A stretch of 12,065 nucleotides of DNA from the IMG/VR virus record IMGVR_UViG_2579778856_000001; one strand, written 5' to 3'. Of the stretch, positions 6,298-12,065 are shown piece by piece (positions within the stretch are counted from its first letter, which is position 1; every line of letters begins with the position of its first letter). The notes under the pieces are model-generated. The model was given only the letters and a program-made list of their open reading frames with translations, searched no databases and was not told the origin of the DNA. This DNA is from a virus (Duplodnaviria > Heunggongvirae > Uroviricota > Caudoviricetes). The position numbers were made by a program, and so were the translations under genes.

Positions 6298-6328
6298 GGA
6301 TATGCGCATTGGAACGATGTGCATATCC
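6298..6328. repeat. 11-bp inverted repeat / hairpin (GGATATGCGCA, 9-nt spacer, TGTGCATATCC; one G-T position)
   Basis: Seen directly, 67 bp after the polymerase-like gene stop and 27 bp before the IS30-type terminal repeat. No downstream T-tract. Confidence 0.3.
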
Positions 6329-6355
6329 AGTAAGTGATCCATGTCCGCTTTGAGC

Positions 6356-7090
6356 TGTGAGTTCAACGGGTCGATGCAACGCTGTCCCTAATCAAGGGGG
6401 ACGTTGCCATGAAACGAAGAACTCGTATTAACTACACGCCAGAGCAAAAGGTGATTATTTGGGACAGATATAAGCAAGGTGATTCCCTGCATGATATCCC
6501 CCAGAATGTTCGACAGATTTCACTCTACTATCATGCCTACAATCCACCAGGCCGGTGGCTACCGTCCTCCCGTGCGAAAGCGGCACCGGTTAGCGTTTTC
6601 GCTTGATGAAAAAGAGGAGATATCCAGAGGACTGGTAGCAAAACGCATCATCAGGGACATCGCTGCTAAATTATCAATAGCTCCCTCAACGATTAGCCGC
6701 GAGATCAGGAGGCACGGCGGTGCAAAACAATACCGTGCAGCAAAAGCCGATCCTGCTGCGTGGGAAAATGCTCTGAGACCAAAACCTTGCAAGCTAATTG
6801 AAAGCCCCACATTGTGTAAAATCATTGCAGAGAAGATGCATCAGGACTGGTCGCCGGAACAAATTGGCGGTTGGCTAAAACGCTGTTATCCCGATAATCA
6901 GGAAATGCATGTGTCACATGAAATGATTTATAAAACGCTTTTTATACCAACCCGGGGAGCTTTAAAAAAAGAGCTGCAGCAATGCCTCAGAAGCGGAAGA
7001 GTAGTGCGTAGATCCAAAACCTCATCACTTAAAGTAAACAGAGATACATTCTGGTCACGAATGCCCGGTTGTTCGTGCTTTGCGTTTTAA
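6356..7090 (+). mobile_element. IS30-family insertion sequence remnant (left inverted repeat plus 5' part of the transposase gene; 3' half deleted)
   Basis: Left end TGTGAGTTCAACGGGTCGATGCAAC at 6356-6380 resembles the recalled IS30 IRL (TGTAGATTCAATTGGTCAACGCAAC). Transposase ORF begins 53 bp inside. Element ends abruptly; no right repeat before the membrane protein gene. Confidence 0.7.
6409..7090 (+). pseudogene. IS30-family transposase, frameshifted near 6498-6502 and truncated (N-terminal HTH region only, DDE domain missing)
   Basis: Track ORFs 6409-6606 and 6479-7090 are consecutive pieces of one IS30-like transposase in two frames. MKRRTRINYTPEQKVIIWDRYKQGDSLHDI then, in the other frame, FDRFHSTIMP...RKRHRLAFSLDEKEEISRGL...APSTISREIRRHGG...KPCKL...WSPEQIGGWL...EMIYKTLF. 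Frame switch coincides with a C5 run. Product about 200 aa versus about 380 for intact IS30 transposase. Confidence 0.75.
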
Positions 7091-7154
7091 TCGCATTTTA
7101 CAGTTTCTGCCTGCGTGCAGAGGTTGATGGTATTTTCTGAAAAAGCGGCTCGCT

Positions 7155-7182
7155 TTGCTAATGCATATGGCACAAATACAAC
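7155..7182 (+). promoter_or_regulatory. Candidate sigma70-type promoter (TTGCTA, 16-bp spacer, TACAAC) upstream of the membrane protein gene
   Basis: Hexamers at 7155-7160 and 7177-7182, about 45 bp upstream of ATG 7228. Matched by eye; weak -10. Confidence 0.2.
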
Positions 7183-7227
7183 AGTTTGTGTCATTCTGAC
7201 CCATCTTTATACCGCGACGGTGGAAAC

Positions 7228-9798
7228 ATGGATGAGCTGCTAACCCTTGGCTGCATTGCTTTATTCTTCGCACTGGTGGTGGTTCCCATCCTCGCGATTA
7301 TCGCGCTCAGCCGCAGCACGGCTGTTCGTTCTGAGCTGGCGACCCTGCGTCGCCGGGTGGAGGTGCTTGAGCAGCGCGGTGTGACTGAAGCACCCGCCAC
7401 AGTGGTAACAACTGTGCCGCAGAGTGTTTCGCAGATGGTTGTGCCTGTTGAAACGTCTTCGCCTGCGGTTAACATCGTGCTGTCGGAGCCTGTGGCTGAT
7501 GTCACGCCTGAGTCCGTTGACCCCTGGCGTCCACAACCGAAGCCGCAAAACGAGGCGCTACCCACACCAGCGGTCGAACAATCTTCCGCTTTTGGTGGGG
7601 TGATGTCGTCCCTGGTGCGCTGGTTTATGCAGGGCAACCCGCTGGCAAAGCTGGGTATTCTGCTTCTCTTCCTTGGCTTCTCCTTCCTGCTGCGTTATAC
7701 GGTTGAACACTCCCTGTTCCCGCTTGAGCTACGTCTGGTGGCGACTTCGCTGTTTGCGATTGCCCTGCTGGTAGTGGGCTGGCGATTGCGGCATAAACAG
7801 CTGGTTTATGCGCTGATCATACAGGGTGGAGCTACGGGGACGCTCTATCTCACCGTTTTTGGCGCATTCTGGCTCTGGCAGATGCTGCCGATGACGCTGG
7901 CGTTTGCATTACTGGTGGCGATTTGCGCGGCGAGCGTGGGACTGGCGATTATGCAAAAAGCGCTCAGCCTCGCGATGCTGGCAAGTATCGGTGGCTATCT
8001 GGCACCGCTGTTGCTTTCCACCGGCGGCGGTAGTCATGTGGCGCTCTTCTCTTTCTACCTTCTGCTTTCCGTCGGTATTCTCGCCATCAGCATCTGGCAA
8101 CACTGGCGCGAGCTTAATCTGCTTGGCCTGTTATTTACCTTTGGTATCGGCGGTCTTTGGGGACTCGACGGCTATCGATCAGAGTATTACCTGAGCAGTC
8201 AGCTTTTCCTGATAGCCAATACGATCATTTTTGGTGTGCTGAGCGTGGCGCTATCGCTACGAGCACAGGAGAAAGGTAAGCAGATTATTGATGGCGTGCT
8301 GTTGTTTGCATCGCCGCTGGTCGGTTTTGGCATGCAGTACGCCATAACCCGGCATATGGAATATGGTCCGGCGCTTAGCGCGCTGGGTTACGGCGGTTTC
8401 TATCTGGCGTTAGCATGGCTTGCATTGCGTCGCTATCCCTCTTTGGGGAGGCCGCTGGTGCTGGCGGCGCTGGCGCTGGGTGGGGCATTTACCACGCTCG
8501 CTATCCCACTGGCGCTTTCGGCCCGCTGGACGGCGATGGCCTGGGCGCTGGAAGGTCTCGGCATCCTCTGGCTGGGCGTGCAACAGCAGCAGCGGCGTAT
8601 GAGCTATAGCGGCACTGCGCTGCTGGTGCTGGCAGTGTGCAGCGCGCTGTGGGCGCAGATGAACGGGATGAGCGCGCTTTCTCTGGTGCTAATCTTTGCC
8701 GTACTCAGCCTCAGCTGGCTGGCTGCCGCCTGGCTGTGGCGCAATATTCAGTTGCAGGGTAGTTGGGTTCTGTTGGCTGGCGGTTTGATCTTCTGGATAA
8801 TCGCGCTCATTGGGGCATCGCAACTGGTGCTGAAAAAGGACTCGCTGGTGCTGTCTGGCGTGCTGGCGTTAATGGCGATATCGGTCTGGGGCTGGCGGAT
8901 TGTCTCTGGTCGTCTGGCCTGGTGGGAGCTGGATGTCAGCAAATGGTTGCTGTGGCCGACGATGCTGGTGATGCTGCTGTCTCAAATTTCACAACATGAG
9001 ATTTTTGCTGCGGGCTGGCAGAATCTGGCCTGGTGTCTGGCGTTACCCGCTGCGGGGGCATTGCTCTGGCGTGATGCTGAGACGTTGCCGCCGCGCCTCT
9101 CCAGACTGGCGCACCTTTCACTCTTCTGGATGATTCTGCTCGCGCTGGCGGCGGAGCTATTCTGGTTTGCGCAAGATCTGCCATGGGGCATGGCGGCGTG
9201 GGGCTCCGGCCTGATGATGGCCGCGGGGGGCCTGCTCATCTTTCTCGTTCATGAGGCGGTTCATCGTCAGCTATGGCCATTCCGAAGCTGGCCCGCACTC
9301 TACGCTTCTCAGGCGATGATACCGGTAGCTGCGGTATTGGTTGTTCTGCTAGTACTGACGAATTTGCAGGATGGCGTAGTTTATCGCCAGACCTGGCTGC
9401 CGCTGGTGAATCCACTGGAGGAGGGGGCCGCTTTTGCGCTACTGGGACTCATTGTATTTTATCGCGTTTCGCAGCGCTTTTTCCCGGTGCAGATTTCGGT
9501 ATGCCGTCCCTGGCCGCTCATTGCACTGCTGGCGCTTAGCTTCTGGTGGCTGAATGGCATCCTGCTGCGCGCATTGGCCTGGTACGGCGAAGTGCCCTGG
9601 AGCGCGGAAACACTGTGGCATTCGCGGCTGATTCAGACCTGTTTTGCCCTGTTCTGGATGCTGGCGGCATTAGTGGTGATGCTACGTGCGACCCGGCGTT
9701 GCTCACGTCGCGAATGGCTTTGTGGATCCGTATTGTTAGGGATTGTTATTGTGAAACTGATGTTGGTAGACAGTGCGCGTGGCGGCGGCCTGGCATGA
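7228..9798 (+). CDS. Large polytopic inner-membrane protein (857 aa); N-terminal TM helix, coiled-coil, Pro/Val/Thr-rich linker, then about 20 predicted TM helices; family unassigned
   Basis: ATG 7228 preceded by GGTGGA (the track's 7186 start is a TTG extension). Long hydrophobic stretches rich in L/A/G/W separated by short polar loops. GC well above the island genes (sampled 60-bp stretch about 68 percent). Stop TGA 9796-9798. Confidence 0.8.
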   Translation: MDELLTLGCIALFFALVVVPILAIIALSRSTAVRSELATLRRRVEVLEQRGVTEAPATVVTTVPQSVSQMVVPVETSSPAVNIVLSEPVADVTPESVDPWRPQPKPQNEALPTPAVEQSSAFGGVMSSLVRWFMQGNPLAKLGILLLFLGFSFLLRYTVEHSLFPLELRLVATSLFAIALLVVGWRLRHKQLVYALIIQGGATGTLYLTVFGAFWLWQMLPMTLAFALLVAICAASVGLAIMQKALSLAMLASIGGYLAPLLLSTGGGSHVALFSFYLLLSVGILAISIWQHWRELNLLGLLFTFGIGGLWGLDGYRSEYYLSSQLFLIANTIIFGVLSVALSLRAQEKGKQIIDGVLLFASPLVGFGMQYAITRHMEYGPALSALGYGGFYLALAWLALRRYPSLGRPLVLAALALGGAFTTLAIPLALSARWTAMAWALEGLGILWLGVQQQQRRMSYSGTALLVLAVCSALWAQMNGMSALSLVLIFAVLSLSWLAAAWLWRNIQLQGSWVLLAGGLIFWIIALIGASQLVLKKDSLVLSGVLALMAISVWGWRIVSGRLAWWELDVSKWLLWPTMLVMLLSQISQHEIFAAGWQNLAWCLALPAAGALLWRDAETLPPRLSRLAHLSLFWMILLALAAELFWFAQDLPWGMAAWGSGLMMAAGGLLIFLVHEAVHRQLWPFRSWPALYASQAMIPVAAVLVVLLVLTNLQDGVVYRQTWLPLVNPLEEGAAFALLGLIVFYRVSQRFFPVQISVCRPWPLIALLALSFWWLNGILLRALAWYGEVPWSAETLWHSRLIQTCFALFWMLAALVVMLRATRRCSRREWLCGSVLLGIVIVKLMLVDSARGGGLA

Positions 9799-9991
9799 TC
9801 AGACATGAGATAAATGAAGGGGGATCCGTGAGATAAATAACGAATTGGAGTGGGTTAACATGGGTTCTGGTGAACAGAACTGAAATTCTTTTCCGCTATA
9901 CGATAGATAAGTCGGGCATTGAAATCATCCTTCCTGGCAACTTAGAATCGAGTTTGCTGAAACATGACCCGCAACAAAAAGGATGATTCCA

Positions 9992-10153
9992 ATGACTACT
10001 CAAAACAATAAGCATGATAGCCTGGATTACTCAGAAAAGCCCAAAAGCAAGCACATCGTGACGTTCGAGCGCGATTCCGGTAGAAAAGGAGAATCGTCTT
10101 CCTCTGCCAATAAAACCACTATGCCGGCAGCCCCTGCCCCAGGGAAAAAATAA
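9992..10153 (+). CDS. Possible small hydrophilic protein (53 aa), K/S-rich; not in the ORF track because under 60 aa
   Basis: ATG 9992 with AAGGA 9 nt upstream. MTTQNNKHDSLDYSEKPKSKHIVTFERDSGRKGESSSSANKTTMPAAPAPGKK, stop TAA 10151-10153. Alternative in-frame ATG at 9983. Confidence 0.3.
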   Translation: MTTQNNKHDSLDYSEKPKSKHIVTFERDSGRKGESSSSANKTTMPAAPAPGKK

Positions 10154-10156
10154 ACA

Positions 10157-10789
10157 TCATTCATCGTTCGTTGCACGAACGCGCCTGATCTCCACTCTGG
10201 CAATCTGATCTGCTGGAATATAGGTTGCCAGAGCTCCCCAGTACTTATCAACCACGCCTTTATACTCTTCCCATTCGTTACTGCCTGAAGGGCTGCTGTG
10301 CGTGACGTAAAGAACCATATCGCCTTTATTCCCCAGGGTAAACGGACCGTTAGGCCACTCTTCAAAGTTCCCTGGCAGCCGTGACATCATACCGGAACCA
10401 TCGCGAAGAATCACTCTGACCTCGGTAACGCTGAAGCCTGTTTGATCAAACATTGCCTGCCATGCTGAGCTGGTATCGTCAGACCATGAAATATCATTAT
10501 TCCACAGTAATCTGTACATCCATTTGCGACCGTACCTGCGCCACCACGCACCGCATGTAAGGGCACACAGAAGTGCTGGTGGTGTTGCCAGCCAGGCATT
10601 CAGACCTGCCCACATAACAGCCTGGTAAGCCATCATTGCTGTCAGGCCAAAAATCAGCGAAGAAAAAGTCACCTCAATGGGCTTGTGGTGATCCTTCAGT
10701 CCCACATTCGCAATAAAATACCCAATATAGCCACTGGTCAGGGTCACCAGTGTTGCCCATGGCAGATTTAACAACGAAACGTCAAACAT
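10157..10789 (-). CDS. Membrane protein (210 aa): three predicted N-terminal TM helices plus a soluble C-terminal domain; unknown function
   Basis: Start at the ATG for MFDVSLLNLPW... (plus 10787-10789) preceded by SD GGGAG. The track's longer start is a TTG lying inside the upstream terminator hairpin. Sits directly downstream of the mor terminator. Confidence 0.65.
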   Translation of the reverse strand: MFDVSLLNLPWATLVTLTSGYIGYFIANVGLKDHHKPIEVTFSSLIFGLTAMMAYQAVMWAGLNAWLATPPALLCALTCGAWWRRYGRKWMYRLLWNNDISWSDDTSSAWQAMFDQTGFSVTEVRVILRDGSGMMSRLPGNFEEWPNGPFTLGNKGDMVLYVTHSSPSGSNEWEEYKGVVDKYWGALATYIPADQIARVEIRRVRATNDE

Positions 10790-10827
10790 ATTTTCTCCCT
10801 GCATCCTGAATACTAAAGAGAGAGCAT

Positions 10828-10861
10828 AAAAAAAGCACGGTAAGGGGTCTACCGTGCTTTT
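10828..10861 (-). terminator. Rho-independent terminator (bidirectional hairpin) downstream of mor
   Basis: 9-bp stem AGCACGGTA / TACCGTGCT (10834-10842 and 10850-10858) with 7-nt loop, flanked by an A7 run at 10828-10834 (a U7 tract on the minus-strand transcript) and TTTT at 10858-10861 on the plus strand. Confidence 0.6.
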
Positions 10862-10903
10862 ATACAATAAGGAGATTTTTGAAAGGACTTTAACAAGCAG
10901 GAA

Positions 10904-11302
10904 TTATCTGGATTTGTTAACGTCTTTCGTCTCCTCTGGCAGATCTTCATCAAACAACCTGCCCTGCATCCGATCCAGTTCTTCTTTTCTGACCCGCTTA
11001 ACCACGCTGTAGACCCACTGAAGCGAAACACCAAACTTGCGGGCCAGTTCGTGGTGGTTGCGTCCGTTAAACTCCCTGAAGATTTCCCGGTCGCGCTGAC
11101 TGACCTTCCATACCATGCCCATCGGGAAATAAACGTTTTGCCCGCCCCAGACCTGCATCATTCGGTTCGCGACGGCCTGACCAATCTGGTCGGCAACTTC
11201 GGGCTCAATATCAATAATCTCGCGAACGGTCTCAGAGGTATGCTGTGCCAGTTCCACCAGGAGTTCCGGCCCCTTACTTCGAAACTGATTCAGGTCGCTC
11301 AT
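10904..11302 (-). CDS. mor: Mor-family transcriptional activator (phage Mu middle operon regulator-like)
   Basis: 132 aa. WGGQNVYFPMG...RDREIFREFNGRNHHELARKFGVSLQWVYSVVKRVR aligns with the recalled Mu Mor core (GGGQVYIPRG...RD...FNGRN...EL...YGV...VY...R). Confidence 0.75.
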   Translation of the reverse strand: MSDLNQFRSKGPELLVELAQHTSETVREIIDIEPEVADQIGQAVANRMMQVWGGQNVYFPMGMVWKVSQRDREIFREFNGRNHHELARKFGVSLQWVYSVVKRVRKEELDRMQGRLFDEDLPEETKDVNKSR

Positions 11303-11726
11303 GTTTGACTCCCGCAGCTCTGCGCTGCCACTTCTTCAGTTTCTCAATAACACTGCTTGCCTGTTCAGTACTGAGCCAGCGCAGGGCGCTGATGCCCGTT
11401 TCCCGCTTGATCCACCGCGCTAATGCATTTTCTGAACGGTCACGAACAATGCCGGCAGCAGCCATTTCAAGCCATAGCGCACGGATTTTCCTGGACTGCG
11501 GATGGTTATCCAGCGGTAAACCGGAGCTGGCTTTTCCGGCAGGCTTAACGCGAAAGCCTTTCCTTTTCATGGATTCCAGCACGCAGTTTAGTTGTGTGGT
11601 ATCCATTCCTTTGGTTGAGGCTTTACCGGTCAGCCCCTGTAACATCTGGCGGTAGGTGTCTTCATCCATACCCAGTTCATTACGGGCAATATGAATGAGC
11701 TGGATAAGACGTTGTTTAGTCATCAT
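11274..11726 (-). CDS. Mu gp16/GemA-like protein (DUF1018-type), upstream partner of mor
   Basis: RLIQLIHIARNELGMDEDTYRQMLQGLTGKAS...SRKIRALW pattern as in Mu-like prophage gp16/GemA proteins. 3' end overlaps the mor start by 29 bp. Start chosen at the ATGATG pair preceded by AAAGGAG rather than the track's 11765. My reading here was off by one base relative to the track; track frame used. Confidence 0.6.
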   Translation of the reverse strand: MMTKQRLIQLIHIARNELGMDEDTYRQMLQGLTGKASTKGMDTTQLNCVLESMKRKGFRVKPAGKASSGLPLDNHPQSRKIRALWLEMAAAGIVRDRSENALARWIKRETGISALRWLSTEQASSVIEKLKKWQRRAAGVKHERPESVSK

Positions 11727-11931
11727 CGTTGCTCCTTTTACCTGCGCCACCGATATAATCGACATATAAAGGAAGCGCCACAGGCCAGCACAGGAACATC
11801 ACCGACCAGCTAATCCAGTAGCCAGCACCACTGTAACGTGAATAAAACCCTGAACGGCGGTGCAGTTCAGCAGTACACCAACCGACAAAACAATACCAGA
11901 ACAGGGCACATACAACAGATTCAGCCGTCAT
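11716..11931 (-). CDS. Possible small membrane protein (about 71 aa, two TM helices) overlapping the gemA-like start
   Basis: Track ORF 11716-12045 starts with TTG; first ATG gives MTAESVVCALFWYCFVGWCTAELHRRSGFYSRYSGAGYWISWSVMFLCWPVALPLYVDYIGGAGKRSNDDD. Stop overlaps the gemA-like start (coupling). Weak SD. Confidence 0.3.
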   Translation of the reverse strand: MTAESVVCALFWYCFVGWCTAELHRRSGFYSRYSGAGYWISWSVMFLCWPVALPLYVDYIGGAGKRSNDDD

Positions 11932-12065
11932 TCTGAATATCCCCCCAACTGATATGAATATTACGGGCAGCAATGACAGGGTCGTTATTCCACCATGCAC
12001 CTGACATGTATTTTTCAACCTGTTCGCGTCCGGCAATAACACCAATTGTGATCCCCGGCCTGACG

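Noticed and set aside
850-6355. Direct repeats flanking the recombinase-to-polymerase block as att sites
   Set aside because: Only trivial 6-7 bp matches (e.g. TACGTT near 875 and 6280) were seen; nothing convincing by eye. Needs computational repeat search or empty-site comparison.
7191-9621. Numerous 60-150 aa ORFs on both strands inside the membrane protein gene (e.g. 7191-7637, 8415-8609, 8936-9239)
   Set aside because: Typical artefacts of a GC-rich gene; Ala/Gly/Arg/Pro-rich translations nested in a long, coherent multi-TM ORF.
9864-9892. Hairpin GTTCTG-GTGAA-CAGAAC downstream of the membrane protein gene as an intrinsic terminator
   Set aside because: Only a 6-bp stem and the T-run starts about 9 nt after it; too weak to call.
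1-12065. CRISPR array or rRNA
   Set aside because: No regularly spaced direct repeats of 25-40 bp and no rRNA-like conserved stretches noticed.

Overview
Mosaic accessory region of an enterobacterial-type genome (not a housekeeping locus). Left to right: the inner end of an insertion sequence running off the window start (transposase accessory ORF on the minus strand, 1-156); a short ORF coupled to a RadC-like JAB/MPN gene (397-849); an intact short tyrosine recombinase (896-1825); a convergent unknown gene (1812-2426, minus); an AlpA-family excisionase-like regulator (2649-2846); then an AT-richer block of three uncharacterised genes (2848-3315, 3403-4257, 4834-6231) that I regard as the most interesting part of the window. 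Two of these carry similar four-cysteine clusters. The third carries, in the correct order and spacing, the three signature motifs of family-A / T7-like single-subunit polymerases. A 576-bp ORF-poor intergenic region with iteron-like repeats, inverted repeats and a purine-rich 3' half separates the second and third genes. This block is followed by a frameshifted, 3'-truncated IS30-family remnant (6356-7090), a GC-rich 857-aa polytopic membrane protein gene (7228-9798), a possible 53-aa ORF, and a Mu-like gemA-mor regulatory pair on the minus strand (10904-11726) with a terminator and a membrane-protein gene downstream. No rRNA, tRNA or CRISPR array was found. All functional calls rest on motif recognition by eye and on recalled family knowledge; no database search was run. 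Starts were re-picked where the ORF track used TTG/GTG extensions. Coordinates of small motifs may be off by 1-2 nt, and my reading of the sequence around 11700-11770 was inconsistent with the ORF track by one base, so track coordinates are used there.
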